Source of the DNA: Euglena gracilis
Taxonomy: Eukaryota
NCBI GenBank assembly: GCA_039621445.1
Contig: CP154954.1
Coordinates: 5,805,919-5,869,918 of the forward strand
Direction: 5' to 3'
DNA: 64,000 bases
Shown: one piece after another, positions 25,291 to 37,289 of the stretch
Position numbering within the stretch: position 1 is the stretch's first letter
Layout: each line of letters begins with the position of its first letter
Translations under genes and position numbers: made by a program
Notes under the pieces: generated by a model
The model's input: only the letters and a program-made list of their open reading frames with translations
Told to the model about the DNA's origin: nothing
The model's database searches: none

Positions 25291-28200
25291 ATGCTGCCCG
25301 GTGGAAGGGAGCCAGGCGGAGGACCGCCTTACCACCCCACCACTCACCCTCAAACTGACCAGTATGCGTACCGATACGGTACGCAGCCACCTACACGGAC
25401 TGCGACTCAGGGAAACCCTGAAGCCAGCAGCAGTAGCAGGATGACCCAGATGCCCGCGGAAGCGCGGCCATCTCAGCCATCAGGCTCTCGTCGCCTCCCA
25501 CCGTATGCGGGTGTGATGATCCACCGCACGGCGGAGACGATGAGCCGGGTTATGCGTATGAGCGCAAACCCGGCACCAGACCAACTCACCCAGGCATTGT
25601 GGGATGACCACTGCCGTAAAATGTTGACCATCGCGAATACCCCTCCGGCCCTGTGGTGTATGTGCGCCCAGGCGACGATGACCGGTCTTGTGTATTACAC
25701 CGACCCGGACGCGTCGGGATTCGCGGCGGACATTACCGTGCGTGACCTGGGCGTGGAAGTCCCGCCACAGGTAGCACGGCAGGTACCACCAGTTGGCACT
25801 TACACCGCACATTTTCGTGCTCACTCCCCCGGATTACCCGAGGAAGAGACAGTGGAAGCACCTGTCCGGAGTGAACACCCACGTGTGAAAGAAAGTATTT
25901 TTGGATCCCCTGAGCGCAAGCCCCGGCGGGATTATCCTGCACAGGAGCCTGTGTCTCAGTACACCGTCTCTGGGGATTACCCCCGGGAGGCGCCAATGCC
26001 ACGGGATCAGTACGTGTATCCACCTCAACCCCACCCAACCATACCTGACCCTATCCCACGACGTCCTGCGGAGGGAAACCCTCCCCCGACGTCTGAGGCG
26101 ACCCGAAGCGCTCGTCCGCGGGAAGCCGCGGCAGCACCTCGTGCGGCACCAGTTCCCCCGGCACGGGATGAACCCGTTAACCCGTGGACTTGCCGGCCGT
26201 TCGAGACAGAGGAGGAGCGTCAACGGTATGAATATGCTGTGACGATCCAACGACAAATCGCACGTCGCCCCCCTGTTTCCGCTGGCCAGGGATACCCTGC
26301 CCGGGCGGAAATGACACGGGAAGAGCGCCAGCAGTATGATGCTGCTGTGTCAGCTCTCACAGGCGTCCCAGCTCCATCACGATCAAGTCAACCAGCGCGA
26401 CAGCAGGACGTTGCTGTGGCGGAAGCGTACCAGCACGACCCACAAGCTCTGCCGCCGGCAAGCGTGACCGCGGCCCGGAAAATCTGACGCCGCAGCCACA
26501 GCGCCGCTCGCCGAGGTCGGAAAATCCGCCCGCGACGATGCACGTCGACGCTGAGGAGGAAGCTCCACCAGCGCCGGACGTGACGGCAGAACGGGCACGT
26601 CGGGAAACCCGACCATCCCTAGTCGCACCGGCTTACTCGAATCGTGGTGACGCTGAGCAGGAATTTGCTCGAACGCCAAGCACGGAATCCGTGACTTACC
26701 CAGTGTTTACGCCAGAAGACCCAGAATAGTGGGATTACTGGGCGACATTCGAATGGCTGTCTAACACAAAGGTTAAGGGTAAAGGCAAGGGCAAGGGTAA
26801 GGGGAAAGGAAAAGGCCAGGAGAAAGGTGGGAAAGCCCCACCTGGCAAAGGCGGAAAAGCCGCTTGGCCAACTCCAGGTAAAGGCGGAAAATCTGCCGGA
26901 CCCCTAGCAGGCAAGGGCGGAAAAGCCGCCGAACCTTCGAAAACGAAGGACGATGACTTTACTGTAGTTTTCACCTACCTGCAGGAGATTTGGCCGAAAA
27001 TCGACGAAGATCTCCGACAGTTTACACACGCAAGCAACGTGATCCACCGACCACCGGATGCGGTGCTCGAAGTGGTGCAGAATCGTATATACGATCACTG
27101 CAAACGTTTTTCCTACAGTTCAGAACTTTATGCGTTTGAGGGATACCCTCATTCGGATGAAATAGTCCTGGACCGGATGTCCGGTTTCTGGGAGCTGTGG
27201 TTCTGGTTGGGATACCCCTGCCAGAACTTCGGCATCTTTACCGACCAACACGGTCATACGTATGCCGACTGTTTGGGAACATGCCTGACGACGAAACGTT
27301 CGTAGCACAGTTGAAGGAAATCTTCAACCACATGTATTCCGTCGGAGCACTGGGAATCCAGTGGAAATATTACCCCCTGCCGGAGAAACTCCTTGCGCAG
27401 GCTGCGGTAATGTTCACACACAACCTCCAAGTATACTTGGACAGCATGTATGGCACGCTGTTCAAAATGCTGGACATCGACCTCGCGTACCCCCAGCGGT
27501 ACAAACTGGAATGCCAGTTTTGCAAGGAAGTTCACATTGCTGACTTCTGGGGTTTCGGAGAACGCGGAAAACCGCCTCCGACTGCCGAAAGTGCCGGCAG
27601 CCAGCCGACCAGGAGATTCCTCCTGCATCAGTGCCGGAATCCCCAGATTGGGACACAAGATCGAAAGGTGCTGAAACGGCACCGGCAGAAAATATTTCTG
27701 CTACAACAGTACCGGCACAGGGCGTGGATTACCTACGTCCTGGAAGTCTACATTTATTTCCTGGAACAGATGACCACTGATGTCGATATCCACAGGAAGT
27801 GGTTACCTCGGGGATACACCGAGGTGGACGCCAGACCTCATGACTCAGACCGACGCAGGATGAACCTGCGGCCGGAATGGGAGCAGGCAGAAAGTGGCCT
27901 GCGGGATCACCTGGACACCTAGTTCGGGGATATCCTCGACTGGAAGGAGTTCGAACCTTTCTTCGCAGCACGCGAGGTAAGTCACACTCGGTATGCGGTC
28001 CCATTGCCCGCTTTCCTGGAAGACACAGGAGAGCAGGGTATGGGATGGAACCTTCGATCGCAGTGGGAAGACCTCTGCCTGATCAACGAGGACGAGCCGC
28101 AACCTCCACTCGGAAGCTGGGTGAGGGCGTCGTGGCCGCCTCCTTACCCCAACTCTGACAGGAGTGAAAGTATAAGCTTTTACCGCCTGTCCGACGCACA

Positions 28201-30720
28201 AGGGTGCTACAGAAGCGGAAAGGACCCGCGCACTGCAACACAACTCCACACAGAGGACTACCCTCCGGAAGCGGAGGAGGAGGAAGAAACGGTCCCTATG
28301 GCCGAGGATGAACCTCAGCCAGTGGAACCCCCGGCACGGGAAACCCGTAGCCCATCGGTCGTGATGCTGGACACTGTGGCAGAAACTGCCCAGCGCCCAG
28401 GATCGCCGACAGGTGAAATGACGCCTGTCCCACTGTCGCCAGCCTCACTGGGTACGACGGGCAGACCGACCCCTCCGCGGGAAAACCCGCCGGAGACGGT
28501 GCCCCACACGCCTGAGGTATTACGCCTCAAGCTCCCTGTTCCCGGGGAAACCCCGTTAACAGAGGAGCCAACCGAGGAGCCCACTTCAGGTGAGGAACGA
28601 CGCACCTTGCTAGGCGGACGCGTACTCGGTGGTTTGCGGTCACTCATCGCAGTTGTCACCCCACGTGGCACAGCGGCCAGTTCTTCCACAGCTGCGGCGG
28701 AAGCTGCCCAGCCGACAGAAGACACACATGACACAACAGCCATGGTGGAGGATGAACCTCCCCCAGCGGCGGCGCCACCGCCGGTGTCGGAAGCGACACG
28801 GACGGAAGGCGAACAGACAACAATGGCAGTGGAGACAACAACAACCGTGTCGGTACAGGATGAACCTGTATCAGCACCGGTAGCGCCAGCCGAGGCACGG
28901 GATGAACCCGCACCTCAGCGCACAGCCATAGCCACTGCACCAAAGCGTCCGGGCACACTGACACCGGCGCCTGAAAAGCAGGCCAAGCGGACGTCCATGC
29001 CCCCACCACAGGCTCAACCAGTACGAAGCGTGCCGGCCGAGCCTACACCCACACCATCCCCCACGGCTGCCTCTGGGAAACCCACGGAAGCCGCGAGGGA
29101 ACGCGTAGGACGGCCCCCAGCCCGGGAAACCCCTGCTGAAGGTCAACGACGCTCGGTGTCGGGGAGAAGACCCCCGTCCCAAGCGTCACCACGCACCTGG
29201 GCAAGCAAGCGCGACGCCGATCGGCGGCCCTCGGATTCTCCGGAAACCGGAAGCCCGAAGGCCCCGGCAAAATCAAAGCCGGGCGCCGCACCTTGTAAGC
29301 CCGCACCGAGATCTGGTGATCAGCCCCCACCGAAAGGCGGTGGTGGTACTGGCGGCCAGAGTGCTGCATCCTCCTCTCGGGGATTAACCTCGGGACAAGG
29401 ATTCACGCACGTCACATCATCCGGCTATGGGAAAACCTCACAGCCGAAACCTTCGTCAAAGGGGCAGGGAAAATCCCGCGCCTCAACAGCCGAGACACCT
29501 TCGGAAGACGAAGTTATCATCGACTGGAACGCGGTCAATCAGGATGATCCTGAGATTCATGACCTGAAACCCAGGTACATGATGATCGACCACAAACTGA
29601 GGACACAGCAATGCCCCAACCGGTGGATTGAGCCACTGTTCTGTCAGGGCCGAAAATGGTCCTTTGATCAGAACGTGACCTGGAATTATTACAATTCCAG
29701 ATCTCCCCGTGTTTTGGCCCAATACTTCGGTGAGGAATTCCTCATCGAAAAGACAACGGAAAACCGTTTTGTGTGGCTTTGCACTGTATGCCACAAGATG
29801 TATAACAGTGCACCTGACCTGGGATTACCCCTCGTCCATGTGTGCAACCCTGTGGATCGGAAATCCTTCCATAAGGATGTATACATCCCTAACTGTGCCG
29901 CCTTGGTATGCGCCAAGTGCGTGGACAGTTGGACCCACAAGCACAATTTTAGCTACACCGAGCGAGACGGTACGAATGTACCGATACTCTGCGTCAACTG
30001 CCTTCGAGGTACCTTCTGGCACACTGCGGAAGGCGCAGTACCCGCAATCGTGCCAAGTGCCGAGAAGCCACTGGAGGAATACTCCACCTTGAACAAAAAG
30101 TTCAAGGACTTTTCAAGTATGCCAACCTCAAACTCGACGACTACCGCCACACCGGAATGGCCCGTGGGTGGCAGATCGACGGTGGGGCGATACGCCTCGC
30201 CGCTGAGGAGGCAGGGGTAAGATTACCTTACCTCTGGGAGACAGCAGACAGGGAAAAGATACTTTTCCGCCTGTTCCAAAACCAGGACCGAAACGGTCGC
30301 TGGTGTCTGCCACAATGGCCACCCGAAAACCACGGGATGACCTGGAAAGACTGGCTTGGGGCCGTATTACGACCCCATACAGTCCGCGCAGAATGTGCGT
30401 ATCACATGCCGATTGACTTCCACCCAGGGAATGCCCCGCAGGTGTCAGCCAATCACCCAAGGATGAACTACTTCATCTGGCCAGCAACTCTGCCCAGGAA
30501 ATTCTGGGAGTAGCTGCAGTGGTTCCTCGCGGAAAGAGCGAGTGTAACCAAGCACACAGTCCCCGAAGGATGGGTTCGGGACTGGGTGGCACCTGATTTC
30601 GAATACGAATCGCCAGAAACCTGGCTCGTAGATAGGCCACCACCACCACAATTCCGGATGGTCCTTGTGGAAGATCCCTTGGATTCCCGCCATGATTATT
30701 GGCGGCTGGAACGGATGTAG
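25291..30720 (+). pseudogene. ORF3 of C, ~1810 codons, unknown non-env accessory protein with three conserved folded regions
   Basis: ORFs 25291-26487, 27039-27305, 27197-27922, 28004-30220 and 30157-30513, plus continuation to ...LVEDPLDSRHDYWRLERM* (TAG 30718-30720); homologous to ORF3 of D, B and E. Confidence 0.85.
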
Positions 30721-31622
30721 TGCCGAAACGGCATTACCAGGCTCATGTAGGGTAAGTGCTTTCATGGAGCCTGGACATCCATATACTATATATATATACA
30801 CTGGTAGCGGAAATCGCTCAACAGCCCTGGGATGAACCCGGGTCTGTGTCATTCTGCGCTCTGGATGGAAGCATCCAAGAGCCCTCCCTCCCACCGCCAC
30901 CAGCCACCCCTCTGCCCGTGGCCATGCGGACGGAAACCGTCTGCAAGAGGTAATCGCCTCTTATTGCATCGTGAAGGAGCTACTGCTGTGAAGACCTTGG
31001 CAGCCGGGAAACCTGGCAAGCCGCTAAGTGACGCACAGCACACAGCGCGCACGCCGTAATAATAGGCCAACTTGTCACTTTTCGGCCCTAAGGCCTCTTA
31101 AGGCTGCCAGACAGAAAAAATTCTGTTCTGGCCTAAGCCAGCCCCCCTCTCCTCCCTACTTCCCCCCCCCCCCCCCGCAAAGCTGTCGCCGGCAGTCGGT
31201 TTTGTAAGTAGGCTTTTGTTTCCTAGTGCGGGTATGACCGCCTAGGAGCCCTATCCGGGTATGACCAGGATAGGAGCCTGCCCCCCCCCTTCCACACCTC
31301 TCCCCTCGGGTTTTCAGCGAATCGCTTGACCAACCCCGCGTGCCTTTGGCACACCCAAAGTGGGTGGATGGGACACTTTGTCAGGAAACCTGCCAAGCCC
31401 CGTTTCCCACAGTGGGCTTTTTCACACCCCACCTAAGCCGAAACGGCTAATAGGTAACCGCGAAACGCGGCTAACCTTTTGCGCGTTTTTGGGCTTTGGG
31501 TGGATGCCACTGTGCGGAAAGGAGAGACACCGAATGGAGAAGTGAACCCCACCTGGGGCAGCGTCAGATATCCTGACTGGACTGGGAAACCCTGGTCCAT
31601 GAAGGAAATCGGGCGTAGCCCT

Positions 31623-31632
31623 GGGAGAGGGA
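31623..31632 (+). promoter_or_regulatory. Polypurine tract of C
   Basis: GGGAGAGGGA immediately before the 3' LTR. Confidence 0.8.
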
Positions 31633-32067
31633 TGTGTACCAGGCACGGCCCAGCTCTGTAGGATATCTGCAGAGTGGGTTCTGTGACGGTCGCACCACTG
31701 TGGAAATCCACAGCTGGTAAGATCGTAGCAGACCCTTCTGGGATCTGCCCCTGGACACGTCAGCACTTTTCTCTCCTTCCCCCACAGGTGGTATTCTTCA
31801 CTGTCATTCTTCCAAAGTTTGACCATTGGTTTTGTCAGAGGGAAAAACCCTCGGAACATTCGAACTTGATCTCAGAAGAAACTTCTGAGTCTTTGCTTTG
31901 TGCTTTGCTTCTTGGGGAATTAGGAAGAAAAGGGGAAAACCACTTTTCGTTACTCCAAATACTTTTCCCTACCATAAGTAATAAGTAGGCTGCGCACCAA
32001 GGCGAAAGCGAAAGGCTTTTACAGAAAGTCCCAAAAAGGGGAAAAGGGAAAGCTTTGGACGTACACT
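31633..32067 (+). repeat. 3' LTR of C
   Basis: Direct repeat of 15207-15641, followed by TSD GTATC. Confidence 0.96.
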
Positions 32068-32624
32068 GTATCCCAGAATTACGTCAGAACCGTGGATTCC
32101 AGATTCGTATCCCCAGGTATCCGGAAAATTTTGCGGTTGGGGGTGGTGTGAGTGGTGCTTGGGGATGAGGGGTAGGACAATGTCCAAAAAGCATCCCAAG
32201 TCACCACCGCACATGGGGGTGTTGTCAGCCGTCGTAATTGTGGTCGGATTCTTGGCTTTCACCAAGAGAGGGGTTGGTATCAACCCGAACCGAAAAAGTA
32301 GTGCAATGCGACAACCAGTGTCAATGAGAATTTTGACTTTTGCACAAAAATTTTGGATTTTGATTTCCGCCTGGACTAAAAGTTCCATGGGGGGTAAGCA
32401 AAGTGAAGGGTCTGGCGAAAATACGTTTTCTTCCAGCTTTCCCATGATCCCTTTCCTACTTTGCACAACATTCCGAGCGGAAAGCTGGAGTGGGGGGTGG
32501 GGGACCCGAAAATTTTCCGGGTACCGACCAGAAAGGCAGATGGGCAGGAGGGGCAGGGTTGATCATGTCCTACCTCCATCTGTTCATCAGCCCAGAGGTC
32601 CGTGCTCTCGGACCTCGGGCTCCC
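32068..32624 (-). pseudogene. pol: pol of B, 5' part (protease)
   Basis: VKILIDTGCRIALL in ORF 31969-32466. Confidence 0.9.
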
Positions 32625-35600
32625 CTACTCCAGGTCCGAACCGGCCGAATAGCCGGCTATGGGCCTTTTAGAGGTATACACGGATTTCAACGTGCGCACC
32701 GCCATGCGGGCCTTGTCGAAATCGGTATCCTTGGTCTCATCCCCCTCCCTGCCCGAAGCCGGGGTGTCATCCTCCGAACAAGATATCTTGAAACCGACTT
32801 TATGGCGGTTGGAGGAGTGACCCTTGTCACTGCGGTTCATACCGCGGTGACGTTGGCCAGGGCAGGGAGAACGAGAACGCAGTCATTTGGATGAGTGGTG
32901 ATCACTCGATCCACAAAGCGAACACCGAGGTTTGTGTCGCGATTCTGGGTAACGGGGGGATCGGTTTCCCGATTTCCCGTCAAACCGTCGTGGTGACCGG
33001 ATATCCCGTCGACCATGACCGGTGTATCGGGGTTTTCCCGATGAGGATCGCGAAGAAGATGATCCGCTTCGCGAACGCGATCGCGATGTCTCGCGATGAG
33101 AATCACGCTTCTTGGCCGGGGCACCGGGTGACTTACCCCGAGGGGTACCATGTTTCCGCTCATCGCAGAACGGGATCCGGGGGCTAACACCACCGGAACA
33201 GGGACCCGATGACCGTGAATTGCCCGATTGGCGTGAAAATGCGGAGGAACCCGAACCTCGTGATGAGGTCGAGCCTCGCGGACTCTGAATACGCTTACGC
33301 GCATCAGGATTAGGACATTCCCGAGACATATGTCCCGATTTTTTGCACAAAAAGCACACTTTATCCGTGGCTTGGTCCGAAGAACGCGGGTATCGCGTTT
33401 TCGATCCCGTGTTTGGTGAAGTAGGTGAAACCGGCGATTTTTGCAATGCGTTCACCGAACCAGCCGGTAATCCACCGGTTGGGTGTGTTTTATACGCGGA
33501 TTGAATCTGACCAAGAAGCTGTGATAGCTTCAATTGCTTGGAAACGTAGTTCCAGCGTTGGTCAAGAGTCATTGGATGACTCGCCAACTCCTCACGGTGG
33601 ATATCCTTGATGAGGCTAGGCGTTAAATGCAGGAGAACAGCGTCAAACTGTTCGCGCATTTGCTTTTCACTGAGTTCATCCACTTCAGCGGCAAGTCCTA
33701 ACCATTTGGCATACCAAAGGTCAATGGACTTCCACTTGCGATCGGGTGGGGCGCATTGCCGCCACTTGGTCTCTAGGGTAATCCTAGCGACCAAACTTGA
33801 ACTGGTGGAAGCGTATTGCTCCACCACGTCATCAAAGGAAACGCGGTAGCGAATCACGAGTTGTCGTGCGCGCTCCTTCTAATCCCTAGGGAGGCAATCG
33901 ATGAATTCCATCTTGATCACCTCCAGGTTTGTGTCCTGGGTTGGCCCTTTTAATGCCCAGTAGTACTCCCAGTCCCGGAAAAACTGTCTCCATTTGGTTG
34001 GATCACCGTCCCATTGGGGTTTCACCTTATTCGCGATTGCGATGGTGCCCTTGAATTCTTTCTGAGAAACCCAATGACCCTCGGTGGTATTCCGTGGTTT
34101 TGGGCCTGGGTACGCTCGAGCACCAAGCGTATCCTTTCCGGATTCCTGTAGGAATCACGAGATTTCTGGTGAAGGTGAATCCTGGTACCGGAAATACGGT
34201 CGCAAACCCTGTTGGTCACCCGTAATACGGGGACTCTCCGGTGTAGGGGTATGTCGCGCATGCAACATGTGACCCACTCCCGGTGTACGGGTTTGGCTCA
34301 TTCCACGCACAAGCATGCAATGCTGTATTTCTTGGTGGAGACTTGGCGGAATCGCCGTTTTTTTTCTGAAAATTCGGTTCCCGTAATGGGAAATTCATCC
34401 GAAAACTGGGTTTGGGTTGTGGGCAAGGCCAATGGTGGCACAATTCGCGGACTCGCGGATTGTGACAATCGGGACACGGGTGGTAGTGGTGCATGTGCAC
34501 CCAGAGCCGGGTTATGGAAACGCGACTCTGGAACATTTGGCGCATCTTTGGCAATACATACTGCCGATTTGCGGTGTGAAACCCGCTGTTGGTTGGACAC
34601 ATTATCCAAAACCACAGACAAGTCATGCACACTTTGCTCCAAATGCTCAACGAGTTGGAGTTGGCCGCAAATACGGTCAACTTCATCCTCCAAAGCGCGA
34701 ATATGCTTGCGGTAACGGGAAAAGTCATCCAAGTGCGGAATCCTTTCGGAAATTACGGTAAGATCTTGGAAAAGGTTCCCGTGAGAATCATCCAATAATT
34801 GGAGTTGTCCCATTAGTGCTTTTACAGCATTTGACAGAGTCTGCAAAGGTGATGTTACCTTGGTTGGTGTGGTGGTGGGTGCAACCGGTGCAGGGTTATC
34901 CGACAACGCGGTTGTGGTACCCACGTGCAAATTTCCGGGTGGTGGCTTATCCAAAACGCGGAACCTCGCTCATCCAACCTGGTAATCTCACCTTGCGTGG
35001 ATCGGGCATTCCGATTCACCGATTGCTCAAGCCGTAATAGGCTGTTGCAGAAATCTTGCAATGTTTCCTGATTGTCAGTGAGCATGTTGTCATAAAATGC
35101 CTTGAAATCAGGGTTCTCGGTAATCAGGGTTCCCGGATTACCTGCATGCAAAGACTGCATTTCCGTCACTTTGGTAGACCCCGATGCATACCGGGTCTGG
35201 AGTTCGACAATGGCAGTCTGAATACCGCTAATGTCCGGAACTCGGTGGGAAAGTGCGGAATAGCTTTGTTGCAAACCCGCAATGGCCGATTTAATCCCGC
35301 CAATGTCGGATTGCAACTGCAACTGCAGGGAATCCTGCCGTTGTGCTACTTCTGCGACTTTCGCGCTCAGATTGGCTAATCCAACCCGATTTGCGTCACA
35401 ATAGCAGGTTTTCTTATCCAAGCGGGAAAGTCGCTCCTCCAACTGCCGCACATACGTGTGGGGAGCAAAATTCTCGTTGGCTTGTGACTGGAATTGCCGA
35501 AACTTTTCCGTTTCATCGCACAACTGCATAATGCGGTGTTGCGATTCATGGAAAGTTGCGGACAATGTGGTGAAATGGTCCATAGACACAAATCCACCAC

Positions 35601-36625
35601 TGCTGGGTGTTGCAGACGAGAAATCTCGTGCATGCAACTGTTGTTGCAAATGCAACAACGCAGATGAACAGGACTCCATTTGTCCCGATAACTGGTGTAG
35701 TGAGTCATGCAAGTGCAGAAACTTGGAGTCATTCCGCGTTTCCGCTTCATGCATGCATTCACTAATTAGCCGGAAGTTTTGCGGGAGTTGTTGGCGTATT
35801 TTGTCAAAGGTTTCCCGAAAGTTTGCAAGGTCAATACCCGCACTTTCGAAATTCCTCTGGCAATCTTTGCCAACTTCCTGCAAGTTATTCCAGCAGTATT
35901 CCAGCTTGGTGAAGACATGTTTTTGGATGTCCTCATCAAACCGGAGCACTTTGTTGAGTGCGGTTGCACAATCTGCAACGCATTGTTGCACATGGTTGAA
36001 CTGCCTCACAAGAGGGTGATCCCCTGGAAGCCGAGCAACGATATCCTGCATATCCTCAGCAGTGAGGAGCTCCCCAGTGCCCTTCCCATAGCCATCCATG
36101 GGTTGGAACGTACCAGAGAATTCTGGTACCACTAGGCGAGTATCCGGTTGCCAAGGTAGTGCGGGATAGCACCCAAGATCGGGTGGTGGTGGCAAAGCTC
36201 TGTAAGGGCTTGCCGGTGGACGAACGGGTGGTGTTTGAAAGAAACACCGGGTTTCCAGCCCACCATCACCAGACAAGCCCGGTGGCTGAATCACCACGGG
36301 TCTCTCCGGTGTGCGCAGCTGCACCATTGCCGCAGACAGAGGCGAATACCCCCGTTGTGGCAAGGTGAGTGCGGAACAGGCCGCATTAGCCTCTGAAGCC
36401 AATGGTGTGGAGGGCTCATTGCCGACCACTGTCAATGATGACAAATGTTGCAATCTGGACAATTGAACCAATTGTGCCTCATCGGCGTGGGAACTGGAAG
36501 AACTTTCACAATCTGGAAGAACTTTCACATAAAAGCTTCCAATCCCCATTTTCTTGGTCAATGTCTTGCAATGATGCCTGTAATAAGGTATAGTTGAATT
36601 GATGGTTGGGGCCTGTGCTTTGCAT
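32625..36625 (-). pseudogene. gag: Long gag of B
   Basis: ATG 36625 (MQST...), coiled-coil ORF 34855-36648, CFLCKKSGHMSREC and CSLCGSSDHHSSK; ends ...AGSDLE* at 32625-32627. Confidence 0.87.
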
Positions 36626-36816
36626 TTTTCTGATGACAAAAACAGCAAAAACCCACAAAACTATGCAGTTGTGCTGGCACCAGCGGGGCTGTAACGGGTA
36701 ATACCGTACAGAGTCTTCCGGAGCCTGCTCGTTTGCTTAGACGTTGACTAGAAGCCGGGAGCTGACGCTGCGACCTTGTAGTGACGGTGCAGGGGCCCTC
36801 CGCTGCCAGTCAGCGT

Positions 36817-36974
36817 AGGATCGAACTAATCTGCTACCAAGTGTAATACCTGGTAGCCTTTCTTTCTGTGAAGTATGTGTAGAATCGTAACCAATCTGCT
36901 ACCAAGTGTAATACTTGATAGCGTTTCTTTCTGTATGGGCTGTATGTGTAGGATCGTGACCTAATCTGCTACCA
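36817..36974 (-). promoter_or_regulatory. Three tandem tRNA-iMet PBS-like motifs of B
   Basis: Plus-strand TCTGCTACCAAGTGTA at ~36830, ~36895 and 36965. Confidence 0.82.
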
Positions 36975-37289
36975 AGTGTACGTCTGATTCCCAATTCTCC
37001 TTTCCCAATTCCCAAAAGCCTTCGCTTTCGCCTTGGCGCACCTACTTGGGAACTAAAAATCAGAGTAACGGAAAATCCCTTTTCCCACTTCCCAAGAAGC
37101 AAAGCACAGAGCAATGCAGGGAGGACGGACTGGGTGTCCAAGTCCGGTCCGGAGAAAAGGAAGGACAAAGGGAAAAATAAAATACCACCTGTGGAGAGAG
37201 AAGGGGCACCCATTAGGAAATCCTAACAGGATCTGCTTCCATCCTAACTTCCTCAACGGAAGGGGACAGAAGCATACGCCTGGTACGCA
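36975..37289 (-). repeat. 5' LTR of B (315 bp)
   Basis: Closely similar to the D LTRs 44636-44952 and 62522-62837; PBS abuts it. Confidence 0.93.

Larger units (their letters stand above)
15207..32067 (+). mobile_element. Complete LTR retrotransposon copy C (16,861 bp) nested in the protease region of B
   Basis: Two 435-bp LTRs; 5-bp TSD GTATC at 15202-15206 and 32068-32072; PBS and PPT present. Confidence 0.96.
6476..37289 (-). mobile_element. LTR retrotransposon copy B (same subfamily as D); split by insertion of C at 15207-32067; 3' end deleted
   Basis: Joining 15206 to 32073 restores the protease C-terminus (DVILGYPFLRQ) seen intact in D at 57690-57740; 5' LTR at 36975-37289. Confidence 0.92.

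Noticed and set aside
25291-30720. ORF3 as an env gene
   Set aside because: No signal peptide, fusion peptide or transmembrane segment is visible
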